Virus record (IMG/VR): IMGVR_UViG_3300037782_000107
Span: 1 to 30,175 of that record
Origin: a virus
Taxonomy: Duplodnaviria; Caudoviricetes
Strand: one strand, 5' to 3'
Length of the DNA: 30,175 nucleotides
The translations under genes were made by a program, and so were the position numbers. This document shows, one piece after another, positions 8,701-16,955 of this stretch (positions within the stretch are counted from its first letter, which is position 1; the number at the start of each line of letters is the position of its first letter). The notes beneath the pieces were generated by a model. That model was not told where the DNA came from. It was given only the letters and a program-made list of their open reading frames with translations, and made no database searches.

Positions 8701-9131
8701 TCGTCCTCTCCGACTGCCAGCCAAGTTCGTGTGTCGGCCAGGCTGTAGCCCAGCAGCTCGGCAGCTCGACTCACCGTGATGCTGCCCTCGTTCCACCACT
8801 CCTCGACCTGGGCGCGGATGAAGTCGTCGATCGTGTTGAGAAGCGTCCGAGCGAAACCGGTTTCCATCGCGTCGACCTCCAACGCGCGTTCGAGCGCGTC
8901 TTCGAGCTCGCCGTGGTCCTCCTGGCGCCACTCGGCGGGCCGAATCTCGACCGCGTTCTTTCGAAGGATGTCGGAGAGCCGGACGCCGAGCTCGTCCGCG
9001 CAGTGCTGGAGCCACGCGCGAGAGTCTTCGGTGATCGGGAGTGTGATGCGCACGCCCTTGCGGCGCTCGAGGACGGCGACGCGGCGCACCACGTTACCCC
9101 AGAGTGGGTCAAATCCGGTGATCGTGCTCAT
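8697..9131 (-). CDS. Putative DNA-binding protein (RHH-like N-terminus, UPF0175-like HTH C-terminus)
   Basis: RITLPIT...ADELGVRLSDILR and GSITVSRAAELLGYS. ATGA coupling. Confidence 0.6.
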   Translation of the reverse strand: MSTITGFDPLWGNVVRRVAVLERRKGVRITLPITEDSRAWLQHCADELGVRLSDILRKNAVEIRPAEWRQEDHGELEDALERALEVDAMETGFARTLLNTIDDFIRAQVEEWWNEGSITVSRAAELLGYSLADTRTWLAVGEDE

Positions 9132-9634
9132 CGCCCCCTCCCGCGCATCCAACGCTTCACGTCGGCGGTGACCTGCGCGCTCTCGTCAGGCCGACTGATG
9201 CGACGGGCCGACCCATCGGCGAAGATGATCGTGACTTCCGACTTCTCGCCCTGGGCGCATCCGATCGCGTGCCACGTGCCTCGGCTTCGCTTCCGTGGGA
9301 ACGCGAGACAGAGCGTCGAGGCGAGTGCCATGAACCGGTTCCGGTCGAGTGGCCGGCTCACAGGATGGACGACGTCGGATGCATCGAGCGATGCCTGGTC
9401 AGTCCACCTCTGGTGGTTGCTGGGGAACGCCTCAATCTGGAAGCCCAGGAACTCCGCGAGGTCTACCACCTGCGCGTCGACACCCTTGCACGCTCCGTGG
9501 ATGAGCGTCTTGTACCCATCGCGCGCGGCAACGATGAGCTCGGCTTTGCACATCTCGACCTGCCGCGGGGTCATCCCGTGTCGGCTTCCGGTGACCATGA
9601 ATGTGGTTCTCTTCATTCGCTCGTCGTGCTTCAT
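9128..9634 (-). CDS. SLOG-superfamily protein (YspA/DUF2493-like)
   Basis: VTGSR, LIHGACKGVD, PLDRNRFM and LAFP...SRGTWHAI motifs. Confidence 0.8.
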   Translation of the reverse strand: MKHDERMKRTTFMVTGSRHGMTPRQVEMCKAELIVAARDGYKTLIHGACKGVDAQVVDLAEFLGFQIEAFPSNHQRWTDQASLDASDVVHPVSRPLDRNRFMALASTLCLAFPRKRSRGTWHAIGCAQGEKSEVTIIFADGSARRISRPDESAQVTADVKRWMRGRGR

Positions 9635-10959
9635 GACAGGCAGAGCCTCCGTCGTGCGCGGCTGTACCCGACGTACAGCAGCATGTTGCGAAATGAGTGG
9701 TCGCGCTTGGCCTTCCGGACGACCTCAGTCTCCACGAGGAAGACCTCGTCGTACGTGCTGCCCTGCGACTTGTGGATGGTGGTAGCCCAGCCCGGCCGGA
9801 CGCGCGCGAAGGCCTCCTTGAGCCGGTAGTACTCGTCCCACTGGTTGAGGGCGCGCCCCTTCGCCTTGGCGCGGTTCACGCGGTCGACCCAGGCGGGTCG
9901 CTGCTCGTCGTCGAGGGCGAGGATGTAGCCCTTCCACCCGTAGTGATCGACGACGTCGAGACGCCAGCAGTCGAGCTCGAACTCGTTCCACTCCATGGCC
10001 CGCTCGACCTCGAGCTCGGTCTCGGTGTGGAGCATCGTCGCGCCGATCTCGTGACTCTCCACCAGGACGAGGCGCTCGCCTGCGATGAACGGTGCAGGGT
10101 TCTGCCCGTAGAGCTGCTCGCGCACCCAGCCGTTGAGCCAGTCCACGGCGTCGTTGGTGAACGCGAGCGCCTTGGCGCGGTTGCCCGGCTTCGAGACCGC
10201 AGCGAGGAACTCGGCGAGCCACTCGTTGGACTCGACGCGCTCGATGGAGCCGTGCTCGTCGCGCCCGGTCTGCGCCAGCATCGGGACGCGCGAGCCGATG
10301 TTGAGTCGGATTCGCGTCGCCGCGTCCTGCACCACGCCTCGCGAGCGGACGATCTCGGTGAGGGTTGCCGAGTACTCCATGTCGAAGCAGGGCGACTCGC
10401 CCTCGCCGACCGGCGGGAGCTGCAGCGGGTCACCCATAACGATGACCTTCGTGCTCGGGCGGATGGTCGAGGTGACCCACGACCACATCTCGGTCGACAC
10501 CATCGAGCACTCGTCGATGACGACGACGCTGAAGTTGCGAATCGGAGCGGGCTTGCGCGGGTCGGGCTTGAAGACCCGCTCGCCGTCGACGCGGAACGGC
10601 TTCACCGAGCACAGCGAGTGAATCGTGGCGACCGGCATCCATGCCAGCCCCGCCTCGCCAGCCATCTCGGCGAGCACGCCGCATGCCTTGTGGGTCGGTG
10701 CACTCATCACGACGTTCGCCGACCCACCATCGAAGAGCCGCTGGATGACCGTGGTCTTGCCGGTGCCGGCGTAGCCGTAGAGGCCGAAGAACTGCGCGTC
10801 GCCGGCGAGGAAGTCCCGCAGCTTCGCGAGGGCGGCCTCCTGGCCGGCGTTGAGAGGGAACACGTGCTCAACGGCGTTGATCGCGTCGGGCGCGAGGACG
10901 ACCTCGCGCTCCATGTCGTCGAGGAGGAAGTCGAGGTCGAATGGGTCAGCGTTCATCAA
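9631..10959 (-). CDS. Dda/RecD-like SF1B DNA helicase
   Basis: GYAGTGKT, IDECSMV, GDPLQLPPV, ATTIHKSQGSTY and YVGYSRAR motifs. Confidence 0.92.
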   Translation of the reverse strand: MMNADPFDLDFLLDDMEREVVLAPDAINAVEHVFPLNAGQEAALAKLRDFLAGDAQFFGLYGYAGTGKTTVIQRLFDGGSANVVMSAPTHKACGVLAEMAGEAGLAWMPVATIHSLCSVKPFRVDGERVFKPDPRKPAPIRNFSVVVIDECSMVSTEMWSWVTSTIRPSTKVIVMGDPLQLPPVGEGESPCFDMEYSATLTEIVRSRGVVQDAATRIRLNIGSRVPMLAQTGRDEHGSIERVESNEWLAEFLAAVSKPGNRAKALAFTNDAVDWLNGWVREQLYGQNPAPFIAGERLVLVESHEIGATMLHTETELEVERAMEWNEFELDCWRLDVVDHYGWKGYILALDDEQRPAWVDRVNRAKAKGRALNQWDEYYRLKEAFARVRPGWATTIHKSQGSTYDEVFLVETEVVRKAKRDHSFRNMLLYVGYSRARRRLCLS

Positions 10960-11702
10960 GACGCCTCCAGTCCGGGGATGGCCCGTGTGAAGCCGCGGCG
11001 CAGACGCGCGACGGCGAGGTCAAAGGTGTCGGGGTCGATCTCCGCGCCGATTGCACGGCGGCCGTTGCTCACGGCAGCGAGCAGCGTGGTCGCGCCGCCG
11101 GCGCACGGATCGACGATGAGGTCGCCGGGTCGCGAGTAGGAGCAGACGAGCGCGGACATGAGCGGCAGCGGCTTGCCGCCGGTGACGACCTGCTGTGCGC
11201 GCCAGGCGCTGGTGCCGAGCACGTAGTAGCCCGGGGGCTGCTCAGTGATGACGTCGACGGCGCGGCGGTCCCGCGTCCGCGACAGGTGGATGAACTCCGC
11301 GGCGGTCGGCGGTCCGTCTTTCACCATCCGCGGCGCGGCGTCCGGCTTGCACCACGGCACCGGCGCGAAGACGTACCTATCACCAGCGCGCGCCGCGTCC
11401 TCGAGCCAGCGAACCGTGTAGTGGTCGCCGAACGAGACGATCCACGGCGCGGCGGCGAACCGTTCGACGAGTTCGACGCAGTCCGCCTGGTCGAAGTGGC
11501 CGTAGCCGATGCTCGACGAGCCGCCGCCGACCCACGCACGGCCGCCAGCCTCGCCTCGCCGTGCGTTTCCACGCTGACCACGCTGCGTGCGGTCCGAGTA
11601 CGGCGTGTCGGTGATGACGGCGTCGGGCTCCACGTCGGCGAGCACCTCGCGATAGTCGCCGAGCCGGAGCTCCCAGCCGGGGCCTGTCTCACGCCGCGTC
11701 AC
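10956..11702 (-). CDS. DNA methyltransferase (N6A/N4C, beta-type motif order)
   Basis: VITDTPYS (motif IV variant), KPLPLM, IVDPCAGGATT (motif I variant) and GRRAIGAEID. GTG 11702 follows AAGGAGG. Confidence 0.85.
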   Translation of the reverse strand: MTRRETGPGWELRLGDYREVLADVEPDAVITDTPYSDRTQRGQRGNARRGEAGGRAWVGGGSSSIGYGHFDQADCVELVERFAAAPWIVSFGDHYTVRWLEDAARAGDRYVFAPVPWCKPDAAPRMVKDGPPTAAEFIHLSRTRDRRAVDVITEQPPGYYVLGTSAWRAQQVVTGGKPLPLMSALVCSYSRPGDLIVDPCAGGATTLLAAVSNGRRAIGAEIDPDTFDLAVARLRRGFTRAIPGLEAS

Positions 11703-11952
11703 GGTCGCCCTCCTTCTTCCAACGTGGGCACTCATGAGTCGTGATGAGGGAGCGGCGTGCAGATCGCCGGTCGCGGTAGAGCCGCCAGCCGCTCTCGAAC
11801 AGGACCACGGAGACCCCAGAGGGCGACTGAACCAGTCGCCCCATAGGCCTGCGGCACCGTACGCAACGAATCTCGTACGCCCTTTGGTCGTCGGCGAACG
11901 GTGGCCCGGCAGGGCCCGGAATGAGATGGACGGTGGTGAGTGGGTAGGTCAT
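11689..11952 (-). CDS. Small hypothetical protein, possible Zn-binding (CVRC ... HEC)
   Basis: TGATG coupling to the upstream gene. CxxC and HxC motifs. Confidence 0.6.
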   Translation of the reverse strand: MTYPLTTVHLIPGPAGPPFADDQRAYEIRCVRCRRPMGRLVQSPSGVSVVLFESGWRLYRDRRSARRSLITTHECPRWKKEGDRDAA

Positions 11953-12161
11953 CAAAGACCCCTTTCGCCGGCGAGCCAATCCGAGATGACGAACACGCCG
12001 GAGTCGCCGTCCTTCCAGCACTCGCTGTCGGCGTGAATCTGCGACTTCGGGAACCAGTCCGAGAAGCCATCGTGTTTGCGCACGATGTGAACGGCGCTCT
12101 CGGTCTCATCGGTGACTCGGCACTCGCCGAGCGGGGTTCCATAGTCTTCATCGTTCCACAT
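11952..12161 (-). CDS. Small phage protein with WFPKSQI motif
   Basis: ETESAVHI...WFPKSQI...ISDWLA pattern common in small phage proteins. GGAG RBS. Confidence 0.7.
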   Translation of the reverse strand: MWNDEDYGTPLGECRVTDETESAVHIVRKHDGFSDWFPKSQIHADSECWKDGDSGVFVISDWLAGERGL

Positions 12162-13566
12162 GAGAGTCTCCAAGGGGCCAGCGCCCGCATCGCTGCGTGA
12201 CGCGGAGAATTGTGAGGCAGTCGCTGAGGTCGCCCTTGCTCCAATGGAACAGGTCGGTGTCCTCGACGACGGCGGCGAGCAGCGTCCGGTGCGGCTCAGG
12301 GATGGCCCAGAGCGCCGGCGCGAGGCGCCGCACGGCCCGCTGCTGCTTGACGGAGGGAAAGTCGCGTCGCCACGAGCCGTGCTTCTTCAGCTCGACCAGG
12401 CCGCGAGAGCGCAGGGCGAGGGCCGCCTTGCGCATGTACTTGGCGATCTCGTCCATCGGGACGATGTAGTCCGCGACGCCCGACTCGGGCATGAGCTCGG
12501 CCACCTCTTCGGCGAGCTGCTGCACCGGATCCTTCGTGGCGACGTCGCAGCCGAGCACCGCCTCGTAGTCGAGAGCGAACTCGTTGAAGAGGTCGTGCGG
12601 GTCGAGCACGCGCGGCTGTGGCTTGCCGTCGTGTGACCGGAGTACTCGTCCGACCATCTGGCAGAACGAGACCCTCGAGGTCATCGGCGCCCGCAACGCG
12701 AGCCACTCGAGCCAGGGCAGGTCCACGCCCTCGGTGAGCAGCTGGACGTGAACCAGCGCATCGACTTCGCCCATGAGTAGGTCTTCGATGAGCCGGTCCT
12801 GCGTGTCCTTGTCGTGCTTCGAGTGGATGGCAGCTGCGCGCACCCCGTGGTCGGAGAGGAACGCGGCGTAGTACTCGGCATCATCGATGTTCACTGCGGT
12901 GACAAGGCCGGGGCCGACTTCTCGACTCACCATCTCGAGCACTGCGGTGTCGATGTCGACGTCCCACTCGGTGCCGTCCCAGTGCACGAGCTCGGGCTCC
13001 ATCACCACGCCATCGCGCATCGCGTCGGCCGCGCTGTAGGCGTAGAGGAGCTCGTCGAAGTGCTTCAGCCGCCGGCGCTCGGCCGCCATGAACGGCGTCG
13101 CCGAGAAGCCCAGCGTGGCGTAGGGCTGCATCCGCTCGACTGCCGCGCTGATGCGGTCGGCGTTCGTCCGATGCGCCTCGTCGGCCAGCCAGACCGCTGC
13201 GTGGAGGCCTTCAGCCGCGAGCGCATCGGCGAGTGTCTCGGCCGACGGCACACAGCAGACGATCACCGGCCCGGTCGTGTCCTTCGCGTCGCTGAAGAAG
13301 GGCGACGCGCCGACGCCGTGCGCCCGGAGCGTGGCCACGAGCTGGCGCACGAGCGCGCGCGTCGGCGTCGTGAGCACGATGCGCCAGTCGTCGCCCAGGC
13401 CCTGGCAGAGTTGCCAGCAGAGCTCGGCGATGAGCAACGACTTGCCCGAGCCCATGACCGCCTGGACGATCGCTCGCTTGCCCGCGTGGAGCGCGTCGAT
13501 GCACAGCGGCAGCGCCTCGGCCTGCCACGCCCGCGGCGGGTATGGGGAGGTGGACCAGGCGATCAT
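12148..13566 (-). CDS. SF2 DEAH-box helicase (ResIII-like)
   Basis: RAWQ Q-motif, MGSGKS, DEAH, SATP, LTEGVDLP and QMVGRVLR motifs. Confidence 0.92.
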   Translation of the reverse strand: MIAWSTSPYPPRAWQAEALPLCIDALHAGKRAIVQAVMGSGKSLLIAELCWQLCQGLGDDWRIVLTTPTRALVRQLVATLRAHGVGASPFFSDAKDTTGPVIVCCVPSAETLADALAAEGLHAAVWLADEAHRTNADRISAAVERMQPYATLGFSATPFMAAERRRLKHFDELLYAYSAADAMRDGVVMEPELVHWDGTEWDVDIDTAVLEMVSREVGPGLVTAVNIDDAEYYAAFLSDHGVRAAAIHSKHDKDTQDRLIEDLLMGEVDALVHVQLLTEGVDLPWLEWLALRAPMTSRVSFCQMVGRVLRSHDGKPQPRVLDPHDLFNEFALDYEAVLGCDVATKDPVQQLAEEVAELMPESGVADYIVPMDEIAKYMRKAALALRSRGLVELKKHGSWRRDFPSVKQQRAVRRLAPALWAIPEPHRTLLAAVVEDTDLFHWSKGDLSDCLTILRVTQRCGRWPLGDSHVER

Positions 13567-13940
13567 CGCTCGCCATCCTCCGGCCGCCCGTGACGGTCCA
13601 GCGTGTCGAGTTGAGCCGTCGATGTGGCTCGATCCTGTCCGAGCCGTGCCGCACCCGCCGCGCCGGCGCGAAGCCCAGCGATGAACATTGCGAACCGGCC
13701 GAAGTCCTCCTCGTCCGCATCGTCGACCGCCAGGTCGAGCACCACGGCGAACTCTTCGAACTCGTTCTCCGCGCCGTAGACAGTCCCGAATTCGAACTTG
13801 GCGATGGCGGTGTCGACCTCTTCGTAGCCGAACTCGCTCCTGATCGGCGCGATGATTCGGTCAAACGCGAGCTGCGCCTTCGACAGGCTCTCCACGTGCA
13901 GGAGGACGAAAGACGGGCGGAGTGGAAAATCGTTGGTCAC
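13563..13940 (-). CDS. Hypothetical acidic protein (125 aa)
   Basis: GTG 13940 follows AGGAG. The stop is coupled to the helicase ATG. Confidence 0.65.
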   Translation of the reverse strand: MTNDFPLRPSFVLLHVESLSKAQLAFDRIIAPIRSEFGYEEVDTAIAKFEFGTVYGAENEFEEFAVVLDLAVDDADEEDFGRFAMFIAGLRAGAAGAARLGQDRATSTAQLDTLDRHGRPEDGER

Positions 13941-13957
13941 AGAGGTCTCCTGTGGTG

Positions 13958-14128
13958 TTAGGGCGCGCTCTCGGTCCAGAGCCGCGCCGCTTCGATGAGT
14001 TTGATCTCGTGGTCTGCGAGATGCCCCCCTGTCCCGTTCGGCATCACCCCGCATCGCACGAGCACCCCGAGAAGGCGGTCGATGACAGCGAGGAGCGCTC
14101 GCACGATTGTCGTCACATCGTCGGCCAT
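13958..14128 (-). CDS. Small hypothetical protein, 56 aa (MADDVTTIVRALLAVIDRLLGVLVRCG...), not in the ORF track
   Basis: AAGGAG RBS before ATG 14128, TAA at 13958-13960. Fills the gap between its neighbours. Confidence 0.6.
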   Translation of the reverse strand: MADDVTTIVRALLAVIDRLLGVLVRCGVMPNGTGGHLADHEIKLIEAARLWTESAP

Positions 14129-15159
14129 GGTGGGTTCTCCTTTGAGTGTTGGCGGAGCTCGGCCGAGGTCATCCCCTCGCGCTCGCCTTTGAGTGAGTGG
14201 GCGATGTGCACGGTCCCGTCCTCGAACTCGATCCAGCGCACGGGCTGGTCGATCGGGTCGATGTCGTAGGCGCGCACGCCGCCGTGGCGCTTCTCGAGAA
14301 GCGTCGCGATGTAGAGGTGCTCGCCACAGCCAATCGTGAGTCCCTCGTCGGGAATCGCGCGGCCGTAGCGCTCACACACCCAGCCGCCGGCATCGAGGTC
14401 GGGCGTCGAGTGCATGCACGTGCGGCAGTCGACGGCAGGCACGTCGCCGTCGAGGCAGAGGTGTGAGAAGTCGCACCAGAGACAGGGCGGCTTCTTCGGG
14501 GAGGCCTTCTCGACAGGTGCAGGGGGCTCGACAGCCGAGAGCACCTCCAGCGCCTTCCTGCCGAGCGACTGGAACGACACTTCGTCGTAGATGACGACCT
14601 CTTCGTAGAGATGGTCGTCGTTCTTGCAGTGCGCCATGTAGAGCGCCTGCTTCGGTGGATCGCCGTCGAGTCCCCAGTGGTCCCAGTAGGCCCGGGCGAA
14701 GCCGATGTAGATTTGCATCTGCGCCCAGTGCTGCGGCTTCGTCTTGCCGGCACCGTCGCGTGCGAGCGCCTTGTAGCGCTTCTCGTTGCTCGTCTTGAGC
14801 TCGAGCACGAACCACTCGTCCGGGTCTTCGCCGGGCACCCGACGGATCAAACCATCGAAGTGCCCGGCGAAGTGGCCGCCGAACGCATCTACACTCCACT
14901 GCTCGCCCGTCCGTGGGTTCCGCTCGAGCAGCTCGCAACCGATCGCCTTCAGCTCGGCGACCATCCTGTCCTCTTCCCTGTGGCCGGTCTCCCACAGGCG
15001 CAGCATGCGCGGCGCTGGGTCCACCAGGGCGGCGCCACGGAACCCGTACCAGAGTTGCCTCAGGCACGGCGCACCGAGGGCACTGCCGCCCAGGTAGAGC
15101 CGCTCGTCACGCTCCTTGTTGGCGTGGAGATCGTAGATTGCGTCGACGACCGAAGACAT
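14113..15159 (-). CDS. Cas4-like PD-(D/E)XK exonuclease of the phage recombination module
   Basis: YLGGSALGAPCLRQLWYGFR, GHFDG, VLELKT, QMQIY, CLWCDFSHLC and CRTCMHS motifs. Confidence 0.88.
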   Translation of the reverse strand: MSSVVDAIYDLHANKERDERLYLGGSALGAPCLRQLWYGFRGAALVDPAPRMLRLWETGHREEDRMVAELKAIGCELLERNPRTGEQWSVDAFGGHFAGHFDGLIRRVPGEDPDEWFVLELKTSNEKRYKALARDGAGKTKPQHWAQMQIYIGFARAYWDHWGLDGDPPKQALYMAHCKNDDHLYEEVVIYDEVSFQSLGRKALEVLSAVEPPAPVEKASPKKPPCLWCDFSHLCLDGDVPAVDCRTCMHSTPDLDAGGWVCERYGRAIPDEGLTIGCGEHLYIATLLEKRHGGVRAYDIDPIDQPVRWIEFEDGTVHIAHSLKGEREGMTSAELRQHSKENPPWPTM

Positions 15160-15162
15160 CGC

Positions 15163-15684
15163 TCAGCCCTCCTCGCCGTCGTCGTTGGACGCCTTCTTGT
15201 CGCCCCACGGGTTCGGGGGCTTCGCCGCGGCGCGCGGCGGCGCCGAGGCTCCTCGCTTCGGCTTGCGCGGCGCACCAGGTCCGCCCTTCACTGCCTTCAC
15301 TCCCCGGACGACGTTCTCATCCTCGCCGGAGTAGTTGCTCTTCTTGATGCCGACGCGAATCGATACCGGCTTCCCGATGAAGAAGCTGGTGTCACGCACC
15401 CACGAGCTCGCGCCGCATGCCTTGCAGAGGTGGCCGTAGTCGCGCCGGCCGATCTCCTCGGCCTTATCGGACGCACAGCGGATGTTGTAGTTCGTCCAGA
15501 CCCATCGGCCATTGTCGAGCTCGAAGCCGACGGAGACCATGTGGCCTCCCTTGTCGGTCTCCTTCACTTCAGCGCGCTGAATCGTCGCGCGGTACGTGCC
15601 CTTCGGCACCAGGTCGAAGTCACCGTGCCCATCGGGAAGGGCCTGGTCTTCGTCTCCGAACACTTCGTCGAGTACGTTGCTCAT
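15163..15684 (-). CDS. DUF669-type single-stranded DNA-binding protein
   Basis: FDLVPKGTYRATI, WVWTNYNI, ENVVRG and a low-complexity tail with PNPW. Lies between the Sak4-like ATPase and the exonuclease. Confidence 0.82.
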   Translation of the reverse strand: MSNVLDEVFGDEDQALPDGHGDFDLVPKGTYRATIQRAEVKETDKGGHMVSVGFELDNGRWVWTNYNIRCASDKAEEIGRRDYGHLCKACGASSWVRDTSFFIGKPVSIRVGIKKSNYSGEDENVVRGVKAVKGGPGAPRKPKRGASAPPRAAAKPPNPWGDKKASNDDGEEG

Positions 15685-15725
15685 CTCGTTCTATCCTCTC
15701 GCTGTGGTGAGTTTTCGTGGTGAGT

Positions 15726-16418
15726 TCAGCCGCGAATCTTCGCGGCGATGTTGCCGATGTGCGGCTCTTCCCAGGCGTCGAGGCGCCCGGAGCGGTCCTT
15801 TGCCGTCCAGTCCCCGTCGCTCTCGGTCATGAGCGTGCGATACGTAGAGCCCTGCTCGTCCCGCTCGACGCGAAGGGCGAGCACCTCGTCGAAGAGGTAC
15901 GGGATGCCGTTCTTGAGCGCGTTGCCGGGCATCGAAGGGCGATGCTGCGCCCGATCGGGCGAGTTCTTCCCGCCGGGGATGACCTTCGTGTCCTGCTTCG
16001 CGGTGAAGAGGACGTTGACGGGCAGGTCGCGGAACTTCCGCAGCAGGTCGAAGACGATGTCGCCGAGCTCGCCGTAGGCCTGACGAGGGTCCGCAGCGTC
16101 GGCCTTCTCGTTGGCGAGCACGACCTCGGCGATCTCCGACACCGAGTCGAGACACACCCACTCGTAGGGGTGCTCGTAGGAGGCGAGCCCGCCGTAGACG
16201 TCGTGGAGGTCCGCGACTGTCTCCACGATGGTTGCCGGGATGTCGTAGTCGTCGAGGGCGAGGAGTCCGCCCTCGCAGCTGATGATGAGGATCTTCTCGT
16301 GGTCCTCGGTGCAGGTCGCACAGAGGCTCGTCTTGCCAGCGCCGGCGTCTCCGTAGACGAGCACGTTGATGCCCGCTTCGGACGCAGCTTTCCTGGTCGT
16401 GGTGATCGTGAACGCCAC
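15726..16418 (-). CDS. Sak4-like AAA_24 ATPase (ssDNA-annealing recombinase)
   Basis: VLVYGDAGAGKT, EGGLL, VCLDSVSEI, DPRQAYG and AKDRSGRL motifs. Confidence 0.88.
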   Translation of the reverse strand: MAFTITTTRKAASEAGINVLVYGDAGAGKTSLCATCTEDHEKILIISCEGGLLALDDYDIPATIVETVADLHDVYGGLASYEHPYEWVCLDSVSEIAEVVLANEKADAADPRQAYGELGDIVFDLLRKFRDLPVNVLFTAKQDTKVIPGGKNSPDRAQHRPSMPGNALKNGIPYLFDEVLALRVERDEQGSTYRTLMTESDGDWTAKDRSGRLDAWEEPHIGNIAAKIRG

Positions 16419-16452
16419 GTGTCTCTCCTGGTCGGTTGTGGTGATGAGTTGG

Positions 16453-16707
16453 TCAGGTGCGGGGGCGCACCCAGAAGCGGCCGGCTTCGAGACTCCAGTC
16501 GACGTCCCACTCGGCGCCGAAGAGCACGTCGCAGTAGGCGTCGCCCTCGTAGCCGAGGGTCTCTGCGATGGCTCTCACCACCGTCGTCGGCATCGTGTGT
16601 CCGGGCTCGACGAGCCCTCGCATGAGCCGGATGAACTGGAAGTCACGACCCTGGCTGCGGAAGCTGAGCGCCCCCACGATGAGCTGGATACGTTCCTCGG
16701 CGGTCAT
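16453..16707 (-). CDS. Hypothetical protein (84 aa)
   Basis: ATGA coupling and a GAGG RBS. Confidence 0.6.
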   Translation of the reverse strand: MTAEERIQLIVGALSFRSQGRDFQFIRLMRGLVEPGHTMPTTVVRAIAETLGYEGDAYCDVLFGAEWDVDWSLEAGRFWVRPRT

Positions 16708-16955
16708 GCTGCCGCCTCGAGGCCAGCGAGGAACGCGCGCCCTGCGTCGGTCGGGAGCCAGCAACGTGCGCCCCGGTGGTTGCGGTAGGCGTAGCCCATC
16801 TCGCCGAGCGAGATCGTTGCCGAGCGCGCCGCGCCGACCGACCGGTCGACGGCCTTGGCAATGTCGGCGAACGACGGCGGGCAGCCGTGCCGGTTGTGGT
16901 ACTCGACCAGCGCTCTGAGCACGGCCGTCTCAGTCGGATTCGGTGTCAGGGCCAT
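16704..16955 (-). CDS. Stand-alone LexA-like winged-helix DNA-binding domain (83 aa)
   Basis: TETAVLRALVEYHNRHGCPPSFADIAKAV...LGEMGYAYR matches the LexA N-terminal pattern. No peptidase domain. GGAGG RBS. Confidence 0.75.
   Translation of the reverse strand: MALTPNPTETAVLRALVEYHNRHGCPPSFADIAKAVDRSVGAARSATISLGEMGYAYRNHRGARCWLPTDAGRAFLAGLEAAA

Noticed and set aside
8701-9015. Long N-terminal extensions in the ORF track (primase to 9015, dnaN to 18174, LamG to 28972, tail gene to 29996, gene A from 22624)
   Set aside because: They overlap neighbouring real genes or regulatory regions. Internal starts with an RBS or stop-start coupling fit better.
14113-15159. Cas4-like nuclease as a sign of CRISPR-Cas
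   Set aside because: No repeat-spacer array or other cas genes are in the window. Context is the ordinary Sak4-SSB-exonuclease module.
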